Assembly (NCBI GenBank): GCA_964549495.1
Contig: CAZJWJ010000006.1
Coordinates: forward strand, 22,274 to 86,273
DNA: 64,000 nucleotides
Source: an uncultured Anaerolineales bacterium
Lineage (GTDB): Bacteria > Chloroflexota > Anaerolineae > Epilineales > Epilineaceae
Direction of reading: 5' to 3'
In this document: one piece after another, positions 19,212-27,411 of the stretch
Numbering within the stretch: the first letter of the stretch is position 1
Layout: every line of letters starts with the position of its first letter
Program-made: the position numbers and the translations under genes
The notes under the pieces: generated by a model
What the model saw: the letters and a program-made list of their open reading frames with translations, nothing else
Told to the model about the DNA's origin: nothing
The model's database searches: none

Positions 19212-20315
19212 TCACAGGAAGCGCCGGCTGGAACGGTCGGGACGGAGCGGCAGGCCCAGCTCGCGGGCGATCAGCGGCAGGTAGACCTCGGACACCATCC
19301 GCCGGCCCATGCGCACCTCGCGGTCGACGCCGTAGAGCAGGGCATTGTAGACCTCGGGTCCGCCGTAGTCCTGGCGCAAGAGGTCGACGGCCGGGTAGAC
19401 CGCGCCGGCATCGCCGGGTAGCATCTCGCCGGTCAGGTCCTCGAGGTGTTTGTCGGAGCCGGCCTGCCAGGCTGGCAAATCCACCCGCAGCACCTCCTCC
19501 CAGGGCGCCAGGCGCACGAAGAAGCTGGCGATGGCCGGCGAGCGCGCCACGTCCTGTCGATCGAGCAGCCGCACCGAACCGCCGGTGAAGCTCCACTTGC
19601 CCAGGAGAACCGGTGCGCTGAGGCCGGGCCGGCCATCGGTCCAACGCTGCAGCATGCCCGAGTCGCTCAGGTCGGGCGGGATCTCGCGGCCCTCGTGATC
19701 GGGCAGGGCCGCCAGCCAGATCTTGGCCTGGGTGGCCTCCCGGCTGCTCTTGGCGATGGCCAGGATGTCGATGCGCCGCTCGCGGGCCCGCTCGAGCAGG
19801 CGCAGGTAGCGCTCGAGCACCTGCTCCGGGTAGTCGCGCAGGTGGACCTGGTCCTCCGGGCTGGGGAAGAGTTGGGGAAGCAGGCCGTAGAGCGCGCCGT
19901 CCAGGTAGAGCACGCTTTCTTCGGGCAGGTGGTGGCTGACCACCTCGACCGCCAGGCTCAGCTCGCGCAGGCGCTGCACGAGGTCGGCGAAGCGGGCCGC
20001 GGCCGGCCGGGGTGTGGCCGGCGGCAGCACCTGCACGTCGACCTCTTTCTCCTCGAAGGCCCCGGGCCCGATGCACAGGGCCTGGGTGACCAGGAGCGTG
20101 CTGCCGTTGTCCAGGTCGACCTGGCCCAGGCTGCCGTCGATGGCGTAGGCCGGCCGCTGCGGCTCGCCCAGGAGCGGCGGCAGATCCAGCCAGTGGTCGC
20201 GCACGAAGGACTGCAGATCCAGCTGGGCCGGTGCCACCGCAGGATCGAGCCCGCGGCGCAGATCGCCCGCATTGAGGTCGATGGCGCGGCTCAGCTTGTC
20301 GAGGAAGTCGGCCAT
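19212..20315 (-). CDS. nurA: NurA-domain 5'-3' nuclease
   Basis: Starts MADFLDKL. NurA-type motifs AYAIDGSLGQVD and ILAIAKSSRE, plus LYLDGALYG. Only the C-terminal 367 aa of the 978-aa track ORF are real. Confidence 0.65.
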   Translation of the reverse strand: MADFLDKLSRAIDLNAGDLRRGLDPAVAPAQLDLQSFVRDHWLDLPPLLGEPQRPAYAIDGSLGQVDLDNGSTLLVTQALCIGPGAFEEKEVDVQVLPPATPRPAAARFADLVQRLRELSLAVEVVSHHLPEESVLYLDGALYGLLPQLFPSPEDQVHLRDYPEQVLERYLRLLERARERRIDILAIAKSSREATQAKIWLAALPDHEGREIPPDLSDSGMLQRWTDGRPGLSAPVLLGKWSFTGGSVRLLDRQDVARSPAIASFFVRLAPWEEVLRVDLPAWQAGSDKHLEDLTGEMLPGDAGAVYPAVDLLRQDYGGPEVYNALLYGVDREVRMGRRMVSEVYLPLIARELGLPLRPDRSSRRFL

Positions 20316-20482
20316 GCGGATCTCCCGAGTACTAGGGAACACCTGTTCGGGATGATAGGGTCCGCGGCCGGTCGCGTCAATCCGTGGGCTCGTCCATCCG
20401 GCCGGCGATCCGCTGGAACGCGCCCGCACCACGAACCGGCTTCGATCCGTGGAACCGCACCGAGTTCCGGCGCATGGACAGC

Positions 20483-20818
20483 TCAGACGATGGCGCGGCG
20501 TGCCCGGAAGAAGTAGAGCAGCAGCAGGACGGCCACCAGCTCGACGGCCGCGAACTGCACCCGCAGCCGGAAGCTGTCGGCCAGGGCGGCCACCAGCTCG
20601 GAGTTGAGCACCTCGAGGTTCTGGCTCCAGCGCAGGGCTTCCCAAGCGTAGCCCAGCCGCAGGGTGCCAAAGAGGAAGAAGGTGCCGGTCCAGCCCATGT
20701 CGGCAAACTGCTTGAAGGCGCGGTAGCTGCTGAAGGCCACCAGGGCCGAGATGAACCAGATGAGTGCTGCCAGGAGGTGAATCCACATCAGGACGTTGAG
20801 CTGTTGGGCGATGTCCAC
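20483..20818 (-). CDS. Small 3-TM membrane protein
   Basis: 111 aa with LMWIHLLAALIWFISALVAF, GWTGTFFLFGTLRLGYAW, AAVELVAVLLLLYFF. GTG start with a GGAGA SD. Confidence 0.5.
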   Translation of the reverse strand: MDIAQQLNVLMWIHLLAALIWFISALVAFSSYRAFKQFADMGWTGTFFLFGTLRLGYAWEALRWSQNLEVLNSELVAALADSFRLRVQFAAVELVAVLLLLYFFRARRAIV

Positions 20819-20930
20819 GGCATGTCTCCTGGCTGGACGGGGGAGCTTGGCGGGCGAGTATAATCGACCCCCCTGGGGGAGTCAACGCCCCTTCCGCGCC
20901 CGCCCACAGCCATCGGAGGATCCCGAACCC

Positions 20931-22103
20931 ATGTACGAGCAGCGCCTCGACGATCTCCGCGACATCCTGATCGAGGCCGGCCTGCATGCCGTGGCCTTGG
21001 TGCCGGGGCCCAACCTCCGGCATCTGACCGGCGCGGCCTTCCACCTCTCCGAGCGCCCGGTCCTGGCCCTGGTGCCCGCCGCCGGCCAGCCCATCCTGGT
21101 CCTGCCGACGCTGGAGGCGATGAAGGCCGAGGACCTGCCATTCCGGGCCGAAGTCTTCGACTATGACGACGTGCAAGGGCCCGAGCAGGCGGTCGAGTCG
21201 GCTTTGGCCGCGCTGGCCCGGACGGTGGAGCAAGAGGTCGAGGTCGAGCGCGATCCGGAGGAAGAGGACGGGCGGATCTGGCTGGGGGTCGAGGGCCGGC
21301 GGATGCGCTTTCTGGAGTTGGACCTGATGGCCCGAGGCGATTCGAGCCCGCGAATCTTCGACGCCGACGAGGTCTTCGCCGAGCTGCGGATGGTCAAGGA
21401 CGAGGCCGAGCTGGCCGCCATGCGCGAGGCGGTGCGCATCGCCGAGGCTGCCATCGGACCGGCCCTGGCCGCGCTCGAGCCGGGCCGGACCACCGAGCGG
21501 CAGCTGGCCGCCGAGATCGTGATGCAGCTGCTGAAGGCCGGCTCCGAGATGCCCTTCCCCTTCCAGCCCCACGTGGCCTCGGGCCCCGGCGGCGCCAGCC
21601 CCCACCACAGCCCGGACGATCGCGTCATCCAGCCGGGCGAGCTCCTGATCGTCGACTGGGGCGCGACCCACCGGGGCTACTTCTCGGACATCACCCGCAC
21701 CTACGCGGTGGCCGGCGCCGAGCTGCCGCCCGAATTGGCCGAGGCCTACGCGGCGGTGCTGGCGGCCAACGAGGCCGGCCGCGCGGCCGTGCGCCCGGGC
21801 GCCACCGGCGAGGAGGTCGACGCGGCGGCGCGCGGGGTGATCGAGGCGGCCGAGCTGGGCCCCTTCTTCCTGCACCGCACCGGCCACGGTCTGGGCCTGG
21901 AGGTCCACGAGGAGCCGGACATGAAGGCCGGCAGCGACATCTACCTGGAACCGGGCATGACCTTCACCATCGAGCCCGGCGTCTACCTGCCCGACCTGGG
22001 CGGCGTGCGCATCGAGGACGATGTGGTCGTCACCGCCCGCGGCTGCGAGAGCCTTACCTGTCTGCCGCGCGAGCTGACGGTGGTGGGGGGCCGACCTGCA
22101 TGA
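20931..22103 (+). CDS. M24B-family Xaa-Pro aminopeptidase/dipeptidase
   Basis: LIVDWGATHRGYFSDITRT, HRTGHGLGLEVHEEP, GMTFTIEPGVY, GGVRIEDDV (pita-bread metal ligands). The start MYEQRLDDL at 20931 follows a GGAGGA SD. Confidence 0.85.
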   Translation: MYEQRLDDLRDILIEAGLHAVALVPGPNLRHLTGAAFHLSERPVLALVPAAGQPILVLPTLEAMKAEDLPFRAEVFDYDDVQGPEQAVESALAALARTVEQEVEVERDPEEEDGRIWLGVEGRRMRFLELDLMARGDSSPRIFDADEVFAELRMVKDEAELAAMREAVRIAEAAIGPALAALEPGRTTERQLAAEIVMQLLKAGSEMPFPFQPHVASGPGGASPHHSPDDRVIQPGELLIVDWGATHRGYFSDITRTYAVAGAELPPELAEAYAAVLAANEAGRAAVRPGATGEEVDAAARGVIEAAELGPFFLHRTGHGLGLEVHEEPDMKAGSDIYLEPGMTFTIEPGVYLPDLGGVRIEDDVVVTARGCESLTCLPRELTVVGGRPA

Positions 22104-22345
22104 GCGCAAACGAACGCCACGGGAACGGACAGGACTCGAAACGTGCACAAGATGGCGAGAGCCTCATCGCCCGGATCAAGCGTATTCTCGAAGCCAGGGG
22201 CTTGATCGCTCCAAGCAACTCAACACAAGAGCATGGCACCCTCGATCTCCTCGATCGGCAGGAGCTGATCGAGTTGCGAGATCAGATCGGCCGAACGAGT
22301 CCTTCCGCCTCGTCGATCATCGTGAGCGATCGGGCTGCGCCCTAG
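22100..22345 (+). CDS. Small hypothetical protein
   Basis: 81-aa ORF whose ATG overlaps the peptidase stop (ATGA). G+C is lower and no family was recognised. Weak call. Confidence 0.3.
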   Translation: MSANERHGNGQDSKRAQDGESLIARIKRILEARGLIAPSNSTQEHGTLDLLDRQELIELRDQIGRTSPSASSIIVSDRAAP

Positions 22346-22782
22346 CGTCGGCCTCGTCGCGACGCGCGACCTCCGGTGCGCCGGCTGAAGCAGAGCCCGG
22401 ACCAGGTCTGGTCGATGGCGCAGACCTTGTAGTCCACCAGGCCGTGGGTCAGGCCGTGGTTGCGGACCTCGGCATCGCCCAGGTCCTGCTGCAGGCCCGA
22501 GGCCTTCTTGGGCCAGGCCAGCCAGAGCCGGCCGCCCTCGCGCATGGCCTCGGCCGCGTTCGGGAAGCGCTGCGACAGTTCCAGGCGCGTGACCGAGAAG
22601 AGCAGGATCACGTCCGCGCCGTCGGTCGCTGCGTCACGATGGGTCGTGACGTCGTCCGGTAAGGCGCCCAGTGTCTCCTCGAAGTCCTCGGGCGCCTCGA
22701 GAAGCAGCAGGTCGGCACCCGCCTTGATGCCCAGCTTCTTGGGCAGGGGCGTGCCGGAGTAGCCGGCCGTCGATGCGGGCAT
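22342..22782 (-). CDS. DUF3052-like protein
   Basis: GYSGTPLPKKLGIKAGADLLLLEAPEDF ... RLWLAWPKKASG ... VDYKVCAIDQTWSGL resembles the DUF3052 family. Confidence 0.65.
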   Translation of the reverse strand: MPASTAGYSGTPLPKKLGIKAGADLLLLEAPEDFEETLGALPDDVTTHRDAATDGADVILLFSVTRLELSQRFPNAAEAMREGGRLWLAWPKKASGLQQDLGDAEVRNHGLTHGLVDYKVCAIDQTWSGLCFSRRTGGRASRRGRR

Positions 22783-22851
22783 GGTCGTCGACCTCCTCAG
22801 CCTGTCGGCAGATGCGCTGCACGTGCAGATCGCGCAGGCGCTGATGTGCTT

Positions 22852-23430
22852 CTATTCTTCGGGCCACTCTACCCTTCGGTAGACTTCCTCGAGCTCGATC
22901 TCGATGTCGAGAGCAGGGATCCGCATGCTATCGGCCAGGCCATGAACCGTTTCGATCCGCCACAGATCGCCCTCGCGCGAGAAGAGCTCGACGCTTGACC
23001 GATCCTGGGCGATCAAGATGTAGTCGCGCAGCGAGTCCAGCATCCGGTAGCGCGCGAACTTCGCGCCGCGGTCGTAGCCCTCGGTGGAGGGCGATAGAAC
23101 CTCGATGATCACGGTCGGGTTGAGCAAGGTGTCCTGCACCTCGTCCTCCAATGCAGGATCCCCGCATACGATCACGAGGTCCGGATAGACGTAGGATCCG
23201 TCTCGATCGACCTTCACTCGCATGTCACTGGTGTGGAACTCACAGGGACCGCCTCGAAGTCGACGACCAATCTCCACGGATAAATTGGACACGATCAGGC
23301 TGTGCGCCCGACTTGCGCCGGCCATCATGACCATCTCGCCGTCGATGAGTTCGTGCCGCTCTTCCGACGCACGTTCGATGGCCAGGTACTCCTCGGCCGT
23401 GAACCGCCGACCTTCCGATCGAGCAAACAT
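22852..23430 (-). CDS. Uma2-family (DUF820) putative endonuclease
   Basis: FTAEEYLAIERASEERHELIDGEMVMMAGASRAHSLIVSNL ... YPDLVIVCG ... PTVIIEVLSPST is the characteristic Uma2 pattern. Confidence 0.85.
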   Translation of the reverse strand: MFARSEGRRFTAEEYLAIERASEERHELIDGEMVMMAGASRAHSLIVSNLSVEIGRRLRGGPCEFHTSDMRVKVDRDGSYVYPDLVIVCGDPALEDEVQDTLLNPTVIIEVLSPSTEGYDRGAKFARYRMLDSLRDYILIAQDRSSVELFSREGDLWRIETVHGLADSMRIPALDIEIELEEVYRRVEWPEE

Positions 23431-23492
23431 CTCTTGCCTCCAATGGCTGCACCCGCCGACCGAGTCTAGGCCGATCCCCGCGGCATCGCAAA

Positions 23493-23534
23493 GAGAGCGC
23501 CCCTGCCGAGTTCGAGCTCGGCAGGGGCGCTCTC
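23493..23534 (-). terminator. Stem-loop downstream of the double-vWA gene
   Basis: 18-bp perfect arms GAGAGCGCCCCTGCCGAG / CTCGGCAGGGGCGCTCTC with a 6-nt loop. On the minus strand it is followed by CTTTGCG. Confidence 0.55.
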
Positions 23535-23542
23535 CGCTTCCC

Positions 23543-23618
23543 CGTATACCTGGCGACCGCCGCCTATATACCTGATTGCGCTGGCCTATATACGCGGCGC
23601 GAAGCAGGTGTATGGGCC
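23543..23618. repeat. Four TAT(A)-core elements phased every 22 bp
   Basis: TATACCTG (23545), TATACCTG (23567), TATACGCG (23589) and TATGGGCC (23611). These AT-rich cores lie in GC-rich intergenic DNA between the vWA stop (23647) and the hairpin at 23493-23534. Confidence 0.5.
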
Positions 23619-23646
23619 GTTTGGACTCGGCCCGAGCGCCCTCGCG

Positions 23647-25602
23647 TCAGGGCTGGCCGATGATCACGCCGCCGGGGCAGGGTAGGTTCCCGGCCAGCTC
23701 GGCGTAGATGGCCTCCAGCTGGTCGGCCGAGGGCGCCTCCAAGTAGAGGTCGGGGCGCGAGGCGACCTGGCGCAGGAGATGGGGGTCGACGTCCGTGCCG
23801 AGGCCGATGGTGTAGATCATGATGCCGGAGTCCTTGGCCGTGCCGGCGGCGTCCAGCACCAGACCTTCCGTCCCGCCGTCCGGAAGGCCGTCGGTCAAGA
23901 GAACGATGATCTGATTGTCGGCATCCCGACCGCTGTCCCAGAGCTGCTGCCCGGCCATCTGCAAGGCCAGGTCGATGCGCGTACCCTCACCGGTCGTGAT
24001 GGTGTCTATGAAGGCGCGAAGCTGCTCGACGTCGAGTCGCGTGCCGAAGGTGGACACCCGTGTGACTCCCCGGTCGAAGGCGACGACACCGGCACGATCC
24101 GTATTGGGATCGAGCAGTCCGACGAAGCTCTTGGCCGCTTGCTTGGCCGCGTCGATCTTGCGCTGCTCGCCGCTCTGCTGCTCCATCGAGCTGGAGGCGT
24201 CGATGACCAGGACCACGTCGGTGGTGCGGGCCTCGAGCTTGCAGACGCGGCGGGCGACCAGCGGCAGGTAGGCGGTGACCGTCTCCGGCGTGGGCGTGAC
24301 GGTCGACGTGGCGGTAGCCGGCACCGTCGTTGCCGTGTCGGTCGGCTCGGGCGTCGGCGAATGCTCGCTGGTGGGCGTGATGGTCGGGGTCTCGGTCGGC
24401 TCGGGCGTTGGTGTGACGCTGGGCGTGGGCGTCTCGACGATGCAGGGGCCGACCTCGAGATCGCGCGTGGGGACCTCGATCGGATCGATGCTGCGGCCGA
24501 GGCTGTCCTCGAAGGTCACCTGGCTGCCCTCGGTGCGCAAGGGCAGCGTGCCCTCGACGCCAGGCTGGATCTTGTAGGTGGCGGTGGCCACCTGGCCGCG
24601 GCCGAGACCGAGCCCGGCGAAGTCGAAGGTGATGCGCGGCCCGGCGACCCGCGGTGCGGGCTGGCCGGAGCCGTCGACGTAGCTCACATCGGGACCGAGC
24701 CATTCGCGCAGGCTGAGCTCGTCCAGGACCAGGTTCTCGCCCTGATCGACCAGGTCGGCGATCTCCGCCGGCAGCCGGCTGGCCTGCCGGCCCTCGAAGT
24801 AGTAGTCGCGGTTGCTGACGATCTGGCGGTAGCTGGTGTTGCAGGTCTCGCGATCGCTCTCGGTGTAGCAGACCGCGAAGACGTGCATGCCCTTGCCCGC
24901 GGCCCGGGAGCCGGCGGCGCGGGCGGCCTGCTCGCAGCCGGCCACCGTCTCGTCGCAGCCGTCGCCGTAGAGCAGGATGATCTCGATGGGCGAGACCCCC
25001 GGCCGGCGCTCGTCCTCCAGCATCTGCATGCCGGCCTCGATGGCTTCGCCCGGATCCTCGCCCAGGTCGCTGGACAGAAAGCGGATGCCGTTGGCGGCGC
25101 CGATGACGCGGCTCTTCTCGTTGGTCAGCTCGGTCTCGACCGTCACCCGGAAGCCGTGCGAGACGACGGCCGCCTTGGTCTCCGGATCCAGGTCGAAGTC
25201 GAGCTCGTCGAGCACCTGGCGCACGTTGCGCTGGATCTGGCTGAGGATGTCACTGACCGAGGGGTCGGCGATGGACTTGGAGCGGTCGATGGCGATGACC
25301 AGGCGCACCGGCAGGTGGGTGGGGCAGCTGACGGCCATGGTCACCGTGACGTCGCCGGTGTCGCAGATGCGCGGGTTCTCCGGCGAGAGGGTCTCGCTCA
25401 CCGCCACGCTGCAGGCGCTGGGGCTGCCGCCGGTGGAGCCCTGGGCCGGGGCCAGCGGGGCGGCCGGCCGCTCGGGCGCCGCGGCGGAGGCCGGGCCGGC
25501 CAGGTCGTCGGCCGGGCGGGCGGCGACGAGGCCGGCCCCGAGGGCGGTGACGATGGCGGCGGCCACCAAGAGGGGCGTGCAGAGGAGGACGAGCTTGCGC
25601 AT
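23647..25602 (-). CDS. Secreted protein with two vWA domains joined by a Pro/Thr linker
   Basis: Start MRKLVLLCTPLLVAAAIVTALGA (GGAAAGGAAG SD). First vWA-like unit (VRLVIAIDRSKS). PT linker (TPTPSVTPTPEPTETPTITPT...). Then AYLPLVARRVC (24241-24273) and a canonical MIDAS VVLVIDASSSM ... LLTDGLPDGG ... IYTIGLG. Confidence 0.8.
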   Translation of the reverse strand: MRKLVLLCTPLLVAAAIVTALGAGLVAARPADDLAGPASAAAPERPAAPLAPAQGSTGGSPSACSVAVSETLSPENPRICDTGDVTVTMAVSCPTHLPVRLVIAIDRSKSIADPSVSDILSQIQRNVRQVLDELDFDLDPETKAAVVSHGFRVTVETELTNEKSRVIGAANGIRFLSSDLGEDPGEAIEAGMQMLEDERRPGVSPIEIILLYGDGCDETVAGCEQAARAAGSRAAGKGMHVFAVCYTESDRETCNTSYRQIVSNRDYYFEGRQASRLPAEIADLVDQGENLVLDELSLREWLGPDVSYVDGSGQPAPRVAGPRITFDFAGLGLGRGQVATATYKIQPGVEGTLPLRTEGSQVTFEDSLGRSIDPIEVPTRDLEVGPCIVETPTPSVTPTPEPTETPTITPTSEHSPTPEPTDTATTVPATATSTVTPTPETVTAYLPLVARRVCKLEARTTDVVLVIDASSSMEQQSGEQRKIDAAKQAAKSFVGLLDPNTDRAGVVAFDRGVTRVSTFGTRLDVEQLRAFIDTITTGEGTRIDLALQMAGQQLWDSGRDADNQIIVLLTDGLPDGGTEGLVLDAAGTAKDSGIMIYTIGLGTDVDPHLLRQVASRPDLYLEAPSADQLEAIYAELAGNLPCPGGVIIGQP

Positions 25603-25894
25603 CGGGCTGGGCTTCCTTTCCTGGGCATCCGCGGCGCCGGGCCACCTCGGAGCGCTGGCGGGCTGAGGTTGCCGCACATTGTATCGCATGCGACGATTCC
25701 TGTGAGGCCCTCGAGCGTCGTGCGGCGGTTAAGCTTCCTTCACCCCAGCGGCTTCTCGAGGCTGCGGCATCTGGTCTCGAAGCCGGTTCTTCGCAACCGA
25801 CGGGCCGAGCGCCGCGTAGAGTTCACCATCGATCCACCCGGCCGCGCATGCCCTTCTTCGACCCGCGCGGTCCAGATCCCGAGGAGGAGATCCC

Positions 25895-26773
25895 GTGGTG
25901 CTGCCCTTCCTGTTCACCGTCGACCAACAAACCGCGCGCGTGGTGCAGCGCTTCGGCAAGTTCGCCCGCGTGGCCGGCCCCGGCCTGCACATCTTCAGCC
26001 CCTTCTTCGAGACCGTCTCGGCGCCGATCAACCTGCGCGTGCAGCAGCTCGACGTGCCGGTGGAGACCAAGACCGAGGACGATGTCTTCGTGCGCGTCGT
26101 CGTCTCGGTGCAATACAACGTGCTGGAAGACAGGGTCTTCGAGGCCCACTACAAGCTCTCCGACCCGGAGCGGCAGATCACCTCCTACGTCTTCGACGTG
26201 GTCCGCGCCCGCGTGCCGACCATCAAGCTGGACGACGTCTTCGAGAAGAAGGACGACATCGCCGAGGCCATCAAGACCGAGCTGCGCGAGGTGATGGACG
26301 ACTTCGGCTACGGCATCCTCAAGGCCCTGGTCACCGACATCGACCCCGATCCCAAGGTCAAGGAGGCGATGAACGAGATCAACGCCGCCCAGCGCATGCG
26401 GGTGGCGGCCACCGAGAAGGGCGAGGCCGAGCGCATCCTCAAGGTCAAGGCCGCCCAGGCCGAGGCCGAGAGCAAGGCCCTGTCCGGCAAGGGCATCGCC
26501 GACCAGCGCCGCGCCATCGTCGACGGCCTGCGCGAGAGCGTCGACGAGTTCGCTCGCTCGGTGCCGGGCGCATCGGCCCAAGACGTGATGAACATCGTCC
26601 TGCTCACGCAGTATTTCGACACTCTCAAGGAGATCGGCGCCGCCTCGACCACCAACACCCTGGTGGTGCCGCATTCGCCCAGCGCGGTGGCCGACATGGC
26701 CGAGCAGATCCGCAACTCGCTCTTGACCAGCAGCCAGATGGATCGCAACGTGCGACGGGACGGGGCCGGCTAG
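25895..26773 (+). CDS. SPFH/Band-7 (stomatin/prohibitin-like) protein
   Basis: TVDQQTARVVQRFGKFARVAGPGLHIFSPFFETV..LRVQQLDVPVETKTEDDVFVRVVVSVQY, followed by a coiled-coil AQRMRVAATEKGEAERILKVKAAQAEAESK. Confidence 0.85.
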   Translation: MVLPFLFTVDQQTARVVQRFGKFARVAGPGLHIFSPFFETVSAPINLRVQQLDVPVETKTEDDVFVRVVVSVQYNVLEDRVFEAHYKLSDPERQITSYVFDVVRARVPTIKLDDVFEKKDDIAEAIKTELREVMDDFGYGILKALVTDIDPDPKVKEAMNEINAAQRMRVAATEKGEAERILKVKAAQAEAESKALSGKGIADQRRAIVDGLRESVDEFARSVPGASAQDVMNIVLLTQYFDTLKEIGAASTTNTLVVPHSPSAVADMAEQIRNSLLTSSQMDRNVRRDGAG

Positions 26774-26898
26774 GACGCTGACCCGCCGACCCGAGCCCGT
26801 GATAGACTGACGGGGCCGCGAGCGTCTCTTGCGGCCCCGTCGCCATTCCAGGAGTCCGTCGATGTGCCGGACCCGCGCCGACTACGGTCCTCGATAGC

Positions 26899-27411
26899 AT
26901 GTCCCAACTGCCCGAGCGCCCGCGACTCGGCTCGTGGCTGGCCAGCCTGCGCGACCCTTGGGTCCTGGGCCAGCTGCTGCTCTTCTTGCTCGTGATCGCG
27001 GGAACCGCTGCCCTTCGCGCTCGATACGGATACGATCCGGCAGCGGGCACGCGCATCCTCGCCATCGGGCTGCTGGTCCTGGGCAGCCTCTCGATCCTGG
27101 TCGCCGGGCTGGGTCTGGGGCGGAGCCTGACCCCGACCATCGTGCCGGTGGAGGATGGCGAGCTGGCCACCGGCGGTCTCTACCGCTGGGTCCGCCACCC
27201 GATCTACCTGGCGGTGATCCTCATGCTGGCCGGCCTTGCCCTCCTGGCCGGCCGCTGGCTCTGGGCGCTGACCGTCGCGCTGGTGGCCTACGCCTACTTC
27301 GACCGCAAGGCCGCGGCCGAGGAGCGCCACCTGCTCGAGCGCTACCCGGACTACGCGCACTACCGGGCACGGACCGGCAAGCTGCTGCCCTGGATCGGGC
27401 GACGGAGGTGA
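26899..27411 (+). CDS. ICMT/PEMT-family membrane methyltransferase
   Basis: LATGGLYRWVRHPIYLAVILMLAGLALL ... EERHLLERYPDYAHYRARTGKLLP is the typical isoprenylcysteine carboxyl methyltransferase-like C-terminal half. Confidence 0.8.
   Translation: MSQLPERPRLGSWLASLRDPWVLGQLLLFLLVIAGTAALRARYGYDPAAGTRILAIGLLVLGSLSILVAGLGLGRSLTPTIVPVEDGELATGGLYRWVRHPIYLAVILMLAGLALLAGRWLWALTVALVAYAYFDRKAAAEERHLLERYPDYAHYRARTGKLLPWIGRRR

Noticed and set aside
14455-20315. The HerA-NurA operon as an anti-phage defence island
   Set aside because: No SIR2, DUF4297, TIR, nuclease-toxin or sensor gene accompanies HerA. The partners are DNA-repair nucleases (Mre11-like, ExoVII), and the flanking genes are housekeeping. 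A repair role is the more economical reading.
19212-22148. 978-aa ORF treated as one gene
   Set aside because: Only the C-terminal 367 aa (from MADFLDKL, 20315) carry NurA motifs. The remainder is antisense to the M24 peptidase and the small membrane gene.
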